Below are positions 19,645 to 28,058 of a stretch of DNA of 60,568 nt, piece by piece. Below the pieces are notes generated by a model that did no database searches, was not told the origin of the DNA, and saw nothing but the letters and a program-made list of their open reading frames with translations. The first letter of the stretch is position 1, and every line of letters begins with the position of its first letter. Made by a program: the position numbers and the translations under genes. The stretch is from positions 1 through 60,568 of IMG/VR virus record IMGVR_UViG_3300030060_006589, one strand, 5' to 3'. The stretch is from a virus. Taxonomy: Duplodnaviria; Caudoviricetes.

Positions 19645-19691
19645 CAAATATAGTAATTAATTCCAAATATAAGAAATATTTAGTATATTTG
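19645..19691. promoter_or_regulatory. Divergent promoter region
   Basis: TATATTTG on the minus strand at 19645-19652 and 19664-19671, and on the plus strand at 19684-19691. Confidence 0.6.
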
Positions 19692-19716
19692 ATCTATTAT
19701 AATTAAATTTAAGGTT

Positions 19717-20046
19717 TTGGACAGGGATAATCCTCTTAAGTACTACAGGAATGTTTTATTTAAGTTTAGAGATAAATATGATCTTAAAGTGTCTGATATA
19801 GAGTTTTTATTCTTTGTATATGACATGGGGTTTTTTACAGGTTTAACTATAGCTAAAGACTACAAATGCTCTAATAGCTTTATAACTAGGAACCTTCCAG
19901 ACCTAATGAATAAAGGATATGTAAAAATATATCTCGAGAAAGCACACAATAGAGCTAGAAGATATATGATATCTCAAAGAGGAAAAATATTAGTTACTAA
20001 ATTTTATAGAGAACTAAAAGAATATAATTATGGCTTACATGAATAA
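19717..20046 (+). CDS. MarR-like winged-helix DNA-binding protein
   Basis: LKVSDIEFLFFVY...FITRNLPDLMNKGYV...RARRYMISQRGKILV follows the MarR wHTH pattern. Confidence 0.65.
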   Translation: MDRDNPLKYYRNVLFKFRDKYDLKVSDIEFLFFVYDMGFFTGLTIAKDYKCSNSFITRNLPDLMNKGYVKIYLEKAHNRARRYMISQRGKILVTKFYRELKEYNYGLHE

Positions 20047-22801
20047 AAAAAAGAAAAAGTATAAACTTAACAAAAACGTTAAAAAAGCTGTTGATGGACA
20101 AATAGTAGAAGACGTAGTGGAGGGGGTAGCAGACGCTCCTGAGGCTATTGCTGAATGGTTTATGGAGTTTCTAGAAAAACTCTTTACTGGAATAGCGGAG
20201 ATAGATCTTGGAGCAGGGCTTGATAGTATTGTAAACTTTTTAAGTGGTGGTGGCGGAAATAAAATCACCAGCAAAAGAGGAACTTCTGAAGGTGTGAATA
20301 TTAGTGGAAGATCTGGAGGAATAAATCCTAACACTTTTATGAGCTTTACTAATCTTCCAGGAATGGGGACAGAATGGTTTTCAAATGTTTACGAAACTGG
20401 AGATTGGAACCATGTACCAATGGGTACTGGTCCAGGATCTAAAATAGATTTTCCTGAAGGTGTATCAACCGATGAAATATCTCCTGACGCTTTTAATAGC
20501 TTACTTGATCAATTACATGGATATAATTACGACTACCAAGGAGATATAGATAAAAAAAATAGATGGAATCAGGGAAATTGGTCTAGACGTGCATCTCCTG
20601 TAGTAAGAAATTATGAAACAGAGGGTGGGGACACTCTAAGGTTTGACGAGGATTGGTTCCATAGAATAATAAATCTTCATCCTGAGGTTATAGCAATTCT
20701 AGATCAGATGCGATTTAACTTTCCTAAAAGAACAAACTATTCTAGTAAAAAGCTACAAGACAAATACAAGCTAAAAGATGGAAGGTTTAATACTTCTGAT
20801 AGAAGATTCCTTCAAGATATAGAACCGAAAGCTCTCATGGGATATATTAAAGATCTGCAAAAAGGTGCTAATAGATGGCTTAAACACCGTACTCCAGGAA
20901 GCCTACCTAAAGGAAACCCTCTTTTTGATTTATTTATTAGCCAAGCATTGTTTAATGATCCCAACATGACTCTTCAAGATGTCGATCAGGTGTCAGAACT
21001 TTTAAAAGGTGAGAAGGTTCAAGATGCCATAGCTGACAAGTATCCTGACTTTATTTCTGAAGGAAGCTTAGAATCGCTTGGACTTGGTAGTAGTGGTTAC
21101 TCTTTTAATCCTGGAGCTCAAGGAGGGGCTTATGAAATGAGAGGTGGTACGATTAGTGATGAATTTAAACAAAAAAGGGGACCAAATTATAAATTTGTCT
21201 CAGGTACTCCCCAAAGTTATATAGAGAACTTTGAGTTGGCTGGATTTGAAAACGAGAGCGATGTTAATGACATGTGGTTATATCTTCAGAATGTATCTAT
21301 GGGAGAAGATAAAAAAGATAATCTAGGAAAATTCGATGTAGCTCAAAAACTTTTAGAGAGCGATGATTTTTTTGTTAAGTTTAATGAAAAGTATCCAAAT
21401 ACTAAACAGGTGTTTGACGCTAGGAGAGATAAGAATATATTAAAGGGAGACGCTCAACTACAGCAGTGGATTAATTCGGATCAGATTCATTTTGATGCGG
21501 AATCGGGTAGACACTACAGAACTAATCAAAGAGGAGCAAATAGAATATTTTTAACACCAGATCAGGAAGGGGTTTATAGACAAGCTGCGATAGATAAGTG
21601 GTTTGATAATTCTGGATGGCAGAGTGCTATAGATCAACCTACTGAAAGTCTAGAGAAGATAGATTTAGGAATGGTTCCGTCTTCAGGGGTTGACAATTTA
21701 CAACTATCTAAGAAAAGACCTCTTTCATTTACAAGTGATGATTCTGTAGATGTTAGTGGTGATATAAACGATATAAACAATAATCAAGGTTCAACAAACA
21801 ATAATCAAAGTTCAGATTTTGCTGGTAGGCAAAAAAAATCTATTAACGCTATTCTATCTTCTGTTAAGAACCAGACACATGTAAAAACTGGAGAAGAATA
21901 TGGTGGGGGAGATCTAAAAAGAGATGCGAATATTATAAAAAAGGAATTTGGAGACGAAGCTTATGACTCTTTAATGAAACAGCTAGAAGACCTACCTTCA
22001 GTAAGGGAAACATCTTCATCTACCGTAGTTGAGGGGGGAGACGTAGATAATAGAGTAGATAATAGAATGGCTAATAGAGACAGGTCTAGAGTCAACAAAA
22101 ATAATAACAAACAACCCCTTGTCGCTTCAGCGGAAGGTGGTGAAGGTGGTGAAGGTGGTGATGCTGATAAGTCAGTAACAGAACAAATACAAAATATAAG
22201 GAATAGAAAAGTTGAGGGTGAAAATGAATTACCGACTAAAGAAGAGTTTGAGAAAGAGCAGAAAGAAAGAATAGAAAATCAAGAAAAACAATGGATGGCA
22301 TGGAATGCTGCTCAGCAAGCAAAGAATAAAAAACCTTGGTGGGCGGTGTCAGATGAATATGAGGCTTATACAGATTACACGCCAATTTTTGCTAAAGATG
22401 GAGCATTTGGACCGAAATACAAAAGCTTTAAATCATTTGAAAATGGAGGAACAGTAGATAATCCATTTAAATCTGCAGCTGACAAATTTAGAGGTAGAGG
22501 ATCTTCAGGATTTGGTTCTGGGTTTAAAATACCTACACTTTATGAGAGTAGAGAAGATACTACTAAAGCTGGAGAAATATATTTGGAGGCTAAGATAATA
22601 GGAATAGAGAATGAGATAGATAAGTTTAAGCAGATTATGGATGTAGATAGCGAAGAAGATAAAGCTAAGTTAGCAGCTATGCAAACAAGTCTTGAAGAAA
22701 CTAAAGAGGAGCTGTTTATGCTTAGAGGTGGTCAAGTTACTAGAACCAGTATAAACATGGAAAACAATAATAATAATGACGATAATTTATTAGAAGAATA
22801 A
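20030..22801 (+). CDS. Large hypothetical protein, possibly virion cargo
   Basis: 923 aa with low-complexity segments and KAVDG, AKDG and FENGG motifs like those of the ejection proteins. Confidence 0.45.
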   Translation: MAYMNKKKKKYKLNKNVKKAVDGQIVEDVVEGVADAPEAIAEWFMEFLEKLFTGIAEIDLGAGLDSIVNFLSGGGGNKITSKRGTSEGVNISGRSGGINPNTFMSFTNLPGMGTEWFSNVYETGDWNHVPMGTGPGSKIDFPEGVSTDEISPDAFNSLLDQLHGYNYDYQGDIDKKNRWNQGNWSRRASPVVRNYETEGGDTLRFDEDWFHRIINLHPEVIAILDQMRFNFPKRTNYSSKKLQDKYKLKDGRFNTSDRRFLQDIEPKALMGYIKDLQKGANRWLKHRTPGSLPKGNPLFDLFISQALFNDPNMTLQDVDQVSELLKGEKVQDAIADKYPDFISEGSLESLGLGSSGYSFNPGAQGGAYEMRGGTISDEFKQKRGPNYKFVSGTPQSYIENFELAGFENESDVNDMWLYLQNVSMGEDKKDNLGKFDVAQKLLESDDFFVKFNEKYPNTKQVFDARRDKNILKGDAQLQQWINSDQIHFDAESGRHYRTNQRGANRIFLTPDQEGVYRQAAIDKWFDNSGWQSAIDQPTESLEKIDLGMVPSSGVDNLQLSKKRPLSFTSDDSVDVSGDINDINNNQGSTNNNQSSDFAGRQKKSINAILSSVKNQTHVKTGEEYGGGDLKRDANIIKKEFGDEAYDSLMKQLEDLPSVRETSSSTVVEGGDVDNRVDNRMANRDRSRVNKNNNKQPLVASAEGGEGGEGGDADKSVTEQIQNIRNRKVEGENELPTKEEFEKEQKERIENQEKQWMAWNAAQQAKNKKPWWAVSDEYEAYTDYTPIFAKDGAFGPKYKSFKSFENGGTVDNPFKSAADKFRGRGSSGFGSGFKIPTLYESREDTTKAGEIYLEAKIIGIENEIDKFKQIMDVDSEEDKAKLAAMQTSLEETKEELFMLRGGQVTRTSINMENNNNNDDNLLEE

Positions 22802-23277
22802 TGGGAGAAACAATGATGGTAATAATAGAGGGTGTAAGTGATCACTCTAAAGAAATGAAAAGCAACGGTCATAGCGGTGAGATGGACGTAATGGGATATC
22901 AAACCAAAAACTTTCATATATGCCCAGGAGCACAAGAGTCTTTTGATGTAATGATAAAACAAGGACATAGAGGAGAAGATGCTGACGCTTTAGTTAACTT
23001 AGCCATGTTAGTTGATGAGTACCTAGGTATGGAAATAGAAGCATTAGAATCGGGAGCCAATCCTGGTTTAGTAAAAGGAATGATAGACAAAGGTAACAGT
23101 GCTATGTTTCACTTAGGATCTTTAGCTAATAAGCTAGGAGATGAAGCTATGATACAATTATTTGATTTTATGCCTGGTCACGTGCTTAAAGCTATGGGTA
23201 TGGAAGATGAATCTATATCTATGGAAGAAATGAATGAGGAGCCTATATCTATAGAGATGGGTGGAGGACCTTGTTAA
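22801..23277 (+). CDS. Hypothetical acidic, Met-rich protein
   Basis: 158 aa, start overlaps the upstream stop, contains GYQTKNFHICPGA. Confidence 0.5.
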   Translation: MGETMMVIIEGVSDHSKEMKSNGHSGEMDVMGYQTKNFHICPGAQESFDVMIKQGHRGEDADALVNLAMLVDEYLGMEIEALESGANPGLVKGMIDKGNSAMFHLGSLANKLGDEAMIQLFDFMPGHVLKAMGMEDESISMEEMNEEPISIEMGGGPC

Positions 23278-23657
23278 CTCCTTACTTTAGATCTGTTTTT
23301 TCTGTATTCACGCCTAGCGGCTTTACATCCTTCACATCGACACCCCTTTCTATACGCTGTAGTTGAAGGACATGGAGCCCCTTCTTTTACTCTAGCAGCC
23401 GCATAATTACAGGAGGCATGTGAAAAAGCTATATTATCTAAGCTAAAGAAATTACCTACAGGATCGTGAGTATCTAGCCATGGAGTCTTATGCTCTATAG
23501 TCATTCTCTTAGCTGTTTCTATTTCTGCACCACACTGATAGCACCAGTTAATTTTGAGACGCTTAGCTAAACTAAATAATAATTCCTTCTTTAATCTGTT
23601 TGATGCGGTACTGGGATTCATCCCTAGCTGTTTAGTTTTTTTAGTTTTAATACACAT
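23274..23657 (-). CDS. HNH endonuclease-like protein with a C-terminal Cys cluster
   Basis: CYQCG...TIEHKTPW...NIAFSHASCN, then CPSTTAYRKGCRCEGC. Confidence 0.7.
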   Translation of the reverse strand: MCIKTKKTKQLGMNPSTASNRLKKELLFSLAKRLKINWCYQCGAEIETAKRMTIEHKTPWLDTHDPVGNFFSLDNIAFSHASCNYAAARVKEGAPCPSTTAYRKGCRCEGCKAARREYRKNRSKVRS

Positions 23658-23658
23658 T

Positions 23659-25107
23659 TTAAAATTTTAATTTTCTACCTGGATTTAATTCTGTTTGTTT
23701 ATTTTCTGTTGGCATTTCAAAAAGTAAATTATTGTCTGACAACCAAGATATCCAATCCTCCTTTTTTTGCACACTAGCTGGAGCCATAGAAACTAAACTT
23801 CCTATTAAATTATTCATAATATCTTGAAAATGCTCTTTAGGCTTATTCTTATTAATAACTTCGTGGGCAATACCTAATATGTTAGTAGCTAAAGGTCCTA
23901 CCTTTTCCCCAGTATATAGTCCAGATAAAGTGTGTCTTAACGCATCTTCCTTGTCAAAATCACCAGGTCTTCCTTTTGTTTGCACGTCTGCTATAGATCT
24001 AGCTGTTTCAGAAGCCTTATCCATAGGTTTGTCTAGAAGGTTATCTATTGTATTTTCTAATTTATAAAGTTCTTCATACATTGTGTCACCCCTTTTATAC
24101 GTTTCACTGTCGTCTTCCACCAAGTTGTTACCCTCTTCCGTTTCTTTAGGGAGTGTAAAACCTCTATCCTCTTTAATCAAAGGCTCTTGCGTCTTACCAC
24201 CGTCTTCATAGTTTAGCAGTCCTCCAGTAGAAAACTCCCTCCCAATCGTATCATTAGAAGATCTAGATTCTAAAAACTTTCTGTATTCATTCTTCTTTCC
24301 CTCTATATCCTCCTCTGTAAAGTTAGGATTGCTATTGTAATTTCTATACCAGTAATCAACAACGGAGTCAATATCTGTATCAGGAAGTGGTTCGGGAGAA
24401 ATAGCGTATTTTATTCTCGCAGATAATGCAGATGCTATCTCGTCATTACCCTCTAGCAAACTTTCTAAATTACTTCTATCTGAGCTTATAGCTTCATACT
24501 TATTAAAGTAATCATTATAAACCTTGTCATACCTAGGAGATCTCTTTGTTACCAGATCACTTAAAAACCCATCATCTATAGACCAGTGTGAATTAGTATA
24601 GTCCCTGTTGTAAGCGTCCTCATTGGCTCCAAAGGAATTTTCTAAAAAGGCTGTAGCCTCCATTAAAACCCTTAGCTTATCTTTTTCTTCTGTAGCGTCC
24701 TTATCCACAACCCAGTTTATAGCGTCTTGAATACTCTTAGATCTTTTACCAGAAGGTACTGTGCCGCCCTTTTGAAACTTCTTAAGCATAGTAGCTCTAG
24801 CGGGGGGATATATAAGATCTAGAACTTCTTTTTCAATTATAATACCATCCTGAGCCTTTCTTGTATTATTCCTTTTTACATAACTACCTCTAGCGTTACG
24901 ATCCCCAGGAGTCCTGGTTTTATTACCCCTGTTCTTAGATGGGCTTTCTAATACTATAGATCCGTCAGACATATGAGAAACATCCTTACCGTCCCCATTA
25001 CCGTATGTACCCTTGTCCCTATTGATCTTGTTAAGCTTAGCACGCTTATTCTTAGCCTTAGGGCTGCTGTGAAACTTTTCGTATTCCTTTTTGTAATTTC
25101 TGGGCAT
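23659..25107 (-). CDS. Multi-domain protein with a basic, degenerate HNH-like N-terminus, possibly virion cargo
   Basis: Likely start ATG 25107 (MPRNYKKEY), with GDGKDVSH...ESPSKNRG. Segments are separated by KAQDG, FQKGG, FSTGG and YEDGG. Confidence 0.5.
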   Translation of the reverse strand: MPRNYKKEYEKFHSSPKAKNKRAKLNKINRDKGTYGNGDGKDVSHMSDGSIVLESPSKNRGNKTRTPGDRNARGSYVKRNNTRKAQDGIIIEKEVLDLIYPPARATMLKKFQKGGTVPSGKRSKSIQDAINWVVDKDATEEKDKLRVLMEATAFLENSFGANEDAYNRDYTNSHWSIDDGFLSDLVTKRSPRYDKVYNDYFNKYEAISSDRSNLESLLEGNDEIASALSARIKYAISPEPLPDTDIDSVVDYWYRNYNSNPNFTEEDIEGKKNEYRKFLESRSSNDTIGREFSTGGLLNYEDGGKTQEPLIKEDRGFTLPKETEEGNNLVEDDSETYKRGDTMYEELYKLENTIDNLLDKPMDKASETARSIADVQTKGRPGDFDKEDALRHTLSGLYTGEKVGPLATNILGIAHEVINKNKPKEHFQDIMNNLIGSLVSMAPASVQKKEDWISWLSDNNLLFEMPTENKQTELNPGRKLKF

Positions 25108-25111
25108 AGGG

Positions 25112-25119
25112 CAAATATA
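25112..25119 (-). promoter_or_regulatory. -7 element TATATTTG 4 nt before the ATG (likely leaderless transcript)
   Basis: Minus strand reads TATATTTG-ccct-ATG. Confidence 0.55.
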
Positions 25120-25635
25120 TAAAAAAAATGTGAGATAAGTGTAGGTTGGGGATAATAATATAATGTAACACACGTCCGAGCAATACCGAAACCGATATTT
25201 TTTAGGGGGGTAGGTCACTATATCTATGTATACACGATTTGAAACGTCGATTTTTGCAACTATTATCTAAATACATACATATAATATACACCACTACCCA
25301 CACCCCAAATAATAATATATATATATATACATACCCGAAGTCTGTTTGTGTTTTGTTTTGATTGTTCGACAAAGAATCCTAGCGATTGACTATGTTTTGT
25401 GTAACACGTTCAAGCAGGGGCTAACTCCCTTACCAATTTAATACATAATCTACCTAACATACTGAAATCAAATTTAAGCCACATTTTCTTACACCTAAGA
25501 AACTTTCTATCTATTGTGAAGCTCTACTATTAAAACTCTCTGTTTTTTCATTAGAATCAATCTACCTCTGATACCTCATATAGATATTTATTTACAACTT
25601 TTTTCCTCGAGAGAATGAAAATAATTTACATTTTA

Positions 25636-25668
25636 TTTGGAAGTTATTTGTTTTTTACTTTACATTTG
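25636..25668 (+). promoter_or_regulatory. Early promoter, Bacteroidota sigma70 consensus
   Basis: TTTG (25636-25639), 21 nt, TACATTTG (25661-25668), upstream of the first plus-strand early ORF. Confidence 0.75.
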
Positions 25669-25716
25669 TACCATACGATTGACACAAGGTTAATCACTAA
25701 CTAAAATTATACAACT

Positions 25717-25905
25717 ATGAAAAACTTAATGCAATATCTTGAACAAGAACTTGAAGAAACTTACAAATTTATTGGAGATGATTATCAAAAAATATCTAAC
25801 GAAACGGACTGTGATGAGGACATGATGAGAGCATATGATTTAGGTAGATTTGATACACTACAACGAATTAAACGATTATTAAATAACAAAAAAATTACTA
25901 ACTAA
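25717..25905 (+). CDS. Early hypothetical protein
   Basis: 62 aa, preceded by the repeated start motif. Confidence 0.7.
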   Translation: MKNLMQYLEQELEETYKFIGDDYQKISNETDCDEDMMRAYDLGRFDTLQRIKRLLNNKKITN

Positions 25906-25917
25906 AATTATACAACT

Positions 25918-26226
25918 ATGACTAATGAACAATTATTAAATAAGTATAGAAAGATACTTAATCAGATTGCTACAATAGGCGATACAGGTGGAACTCATAA
26001 CGATACTTGGCGATATAATTGGCTAGGAGCAAAAGAAGATTTTTATGACCTTGAAGATTCTATTGGAGAAGGTAATACTATTAATGGTATTCAAGTACAA
26101 GGTATAACAGATGGCTCTTGTATAAGTATAATGAAAAGATTAGATAAGGCACTAATTGTAGCAAAGACAATAAGCAAGATAGACAAACTTGAAGATATTC
26201 TAGATGAGAATATACAATACGGATAA
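25918..26226 (+). CDS. Early hypothetical protein
   Basis: 102 aa, preceded by the repeated start motif. Confidence 0.7.
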   Translation: MTNEQLLNKYRKILNQIATIGDTGGTHNDTWRYNWLGAKEDFYDLEDSIGEGNTINGIQVQGITDGSCISIMKRLDKALIVAKTISKIDKLEDILDENIQYG

Positions 26227-26255
26227 ACTAAATTACTAACTAAAATTATACAACT

Positions 26256-26408
26256 ATGAATGAATTAATCGCACAATTTGAAATGGAACAAGCTAACATG
26301 AGTACAAGTGTAAGCGACACAATCAACACTATCAACAAGGCTTTGACTCCGTTTAGCAATAAACAAGCACATATTGACATAATGAACAGTATTACTGACG
26401 AGGTCTAA
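26256..26408 (+). CDS. Early hypothetical protein (50 aa) whose 3' end overlaps hammerhead 1
   Basis: Not in the track. MNELIAQFEMEQANMSTSVSDTINTINKALTPFSNKQAHIDIMNSITDEV*, preceded by the 24-nt start repeat. Confidence 0.65.
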   Translation: MNELIAQFEMEQANMSTSVSDTINTINKALTPFSNKQAHIDIMNSITDEV

Positions 26409-26521
26409 TAGACCGAAACAAGTCCCACACTAACCCTCTGAGTATGATAATAAATACAGAGTATAAACAAACAAGAATTATCTGAAAGAAAGACAAAAAT
26501 AAAAGGGACTTGTCTAATACT
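26388..26521 (+). ncRNA. Type I hammerhead ribozyme with an extended stem III loop
   Basis: Stem I AGTATTA (26388-94)/TAATACT (26515-21), core CTGACGA (26395-401), stem II GGTC-taata-GACC, GAAA (26415-18), stem III CAAGTCCC (26419-26)/GGGACTTG (26505-12), GUC triplet with cut after C26514. Confidence 0.9.
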
Positions 26522-26541
26522 AATAACTAAAAACTATAACT

Positions 26542-26736
26542 ATGCACTTTTTAACAGATGAACAACAAGAACAAATCTTAATAATTAGCGACGTATTAAA
26601 CACCTCTAATGTATGGACAAAATTAGAACGAAGATTAGATATAGAACTAGATTGTAATAGCGATATATTTAGCGAGATTGAAGAATTTATCTTAAACAAA
26701 TTAGAGGAGATGCAAAGTATTACTGATGATTGCTAA
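26542..26736 (+). CDS. Early hypothetical protein whose 3' end overlaps hammerhead 2
   Basis: 64 aa ending MQSITDDC*, preceded by the start motif. Confidence 0.7.
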   Translation: MHFLTDEQQEQILIISDVLNTSNVWTKLERRLDIELDCNSDIFSEIEEFILNKLEEMQSITDDC

Positions 26737-26775
26737 TAGCATGAAATAGGGGACAATGTTCCCCTATATAATACT
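26716..26775 (+). ncRNA. Type I hammerhead ribozyme (compact)
   Basis: Stem I AGTATTA (26716-22)/TAATACT (26769-75), core CTGATGA (26723-29), stem II t-TGCT-aat-AGCA-t, GAAA (26743-46), stem III TAGGGGA/TCCCCTA, AUA triplet with cut after A26768. Confidence 0.85.
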
Positions 26776-26794
26776 AAAACTAAAGATTATAACT

Positions 26795-27001
26795 ATGAAA
26801 GCATACATATTAAAACTGAAATACCTATTTATTAATAACATTGGGAAACTAGATTTTCATGGGGAAGACTTTACAATACAACACATTGAGATGATGTTTA
26901 CAGATAGGTCTTTTCAAGATGTTATATTAAATAACTATTACAACGGAACGAGTGTACTAGAAACATACGAAGAACTAGCAGAAGGATTTATTACTAACTA
27001 A
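26795..27001 (+). CDS. Early hypothetical protein
   Basis: Start at ATG 26795 after ATTATAACT. The track's 26756 start lies inside the ribozyme. Confidence 0.65.
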   Translation: MKAYILKLKYLFINNIGKLDFHGEDFTIQHIEMMFTDRSFQDVILNNYYNGTSVLETYEELAEGFITN

Positions 27002-27012
27002 AAACTATAACT

Positions 27013-27285
27013 ATGAAAAGAACTAGGAAAAGAACTAGAGTAAAAAGTATAGAGGAACTAAAGACAATATGCTCAGATGATTACTTTCAAGATTTCTACA
27101 TATCTTTAGCCAACGGACTAGCGAGAAGTAGTAAAGAAATAAGATACAATAAAGAAGAAGACATATGGGAGATAATGAATGGTATTGATGGAATTTATTT
27201 AGAATACTCTACAACACAATTAGAATCCTATACTAATATAATCCAAGCAATAGATAACGGAAATTTAATCCACGAAAAATACTAA
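27013..27285 (+). CDS. Early hypothetical protein
   Basis: 90 aa, preceded by the start motif. Confidence 0.7.
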   Translation: MKRTRKRTRVKSIEELKTICSDDYFQDFYISLANGLARSSKEIRYNKEEDIWEIMNGIDGIYLEYSTTQLESYTNIIQAIDNGNLIHEKY

Positions 27286-27301
27286 CTAAATAACTATAAC
27301 T

Positions 27302-27610
27302 ATGAATACAATAAAACTAACAGACAGAGAACTAGAACTAATAAAAGATATGTTAATTGAAAAAATAAGATACAAAGGGGTACAGAAATTAATGGTCAAG
27401 ATCCAAAATCAACTACAACAACAACTTGTGTACAGGGACACCGATTATGGATATATATTTGAAACAGATGAACAACTTGTAAAGTATTTAAGAGGACTAA
27501 CACTAGATGATGAATACAACGATTGTACAGATGAATTTCTAATAGCTGAATCACTAGAACATAATTGGGTAAAGCAAATAAAACGAAGTGAATTAACAGA
27601 TACAGAATAA
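27302..27610 (+). CDS. Early hypothetical protein
   Basis: 102 aa, preceded by the start motif. Confidence 0.7.
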   Translation: MNTIKLTDRELELIKDMLIEKIRYKGVQKLMVKIQNQLQQQLVYRDTDYGYIFETDEQLVKYLRGLTLDDEYNDCTDEFLIAESLEHNWVKQIKRSELTDTE

Positions 27611-27626
27611 AATAAAGTGAAAATAA

Positions 27627-27658
27627 TTTGCATATATGAAATATAATTCGTATGTTTG
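27627..27658 (+). promoter_or_regulatory. Early promoter, Bacteroidota sigma70 consensus
   Basis: TTTG (27627-30), 20 nt, TATGTTTG (27651-58). Confidence 0.75.
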
Positions 27659-27681
27659 TAAAACAATCAACAACTAAAACT

Positions 27682-27918
27682 ATGAGAACAAGAATGAAAG
27701 TAGACTATTACCCGTGTATTGATGAATTTGCAGAAGAACTATATCATAAAAGATTAGATAATGCAATTCCTAAAAGAATAACAAAGAAATTTTGCTTAGA
27801 AATTCTGAAGTTTATGTCCTTTAAATATGTTGGACTTGGTGGTTGCGACTACCAAACTACTCACGATGAAGAAGATTATAAACTTGCAGATGAACTAATA
27901 GATAAATATAACTTATAA
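27682..27918 (+). CDS. Early hypothetical protein
   Basis: Likely start ATG 27682 (MRTRMK) after AACTAAAACT. The track's start lies within the promoter. Confidence 0.6.
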   Translation: MRTRMKVDYYPCIDEFAEELYHKRLDNAIPKRITKKFCLEILKFMSFKYVGLGGCDYQTTHDEEDYKLADELIDKYNL

Positions 27919-27930
27919 AACTAACTAACT

Positions 27931-28056
27931 ATGAAAAAGGATATAAATTTTTACAGAGAATGTCTAAGGATAGAATTAGCAAAACCTCTACACCAAACAG
28001 ATTTTATGTATATGAGACACTTAGATAATATAATAAATGAACTTAAAACTAAATAG
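27931..28056 (+). CDS. Small early protein (41 aa)
   Basis: Not in the track. MKKDINFYRECLRIELAKPLHQTDFMYMRHLDNIINELKTK*, after AACTAACTAACT. Confidence 0.55.
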   Translation: MKKDINFYRECLRIELAKPLHQTDFMYMRHLDNIINELKTK

Positions 28057-28058
28057 CT

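Larger units (their letters stand above)
25696..26258 (+). repeat. Three identical 24-nt translation-start repeats ACTAACTAAAATTATACAACTATG
   Basis: Copies at 25696-25719, 25897-25920 and 26235-26258, each ending in the ATG of a small ORF. Related AACTAAA(A/T)AACTATAACTATG versions precede 26542, 27013 and 27302. Confidence 0.9.

Noticed and set aside
22132-22160. GAAGGTGGT tandem repeat as a regulatory or phase-variable element
   Set aside because: It is an in-frame 9-nt repeat encoding an EGG linker, which is ordinary low complexity.
23274-23657. HNH gene as part of a mobile intron
   Set aside because: It is free-standing between intact ORFs, with no interrupted host gene or intron-like structure around it.
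25108-25218. N-terminal 37-aa extension of ORF 23659-25218
   Set aside because: It spans the TATATTTG promoter element, so ATG 25107 is the more plausible start.
25696-27304. Repeats as a CRISPR array
   Set aside because: Spacing is irregular (about 200-340 nt), each repeat ends in an ATG, the intervening DNA is coding, and no cas genes are present.
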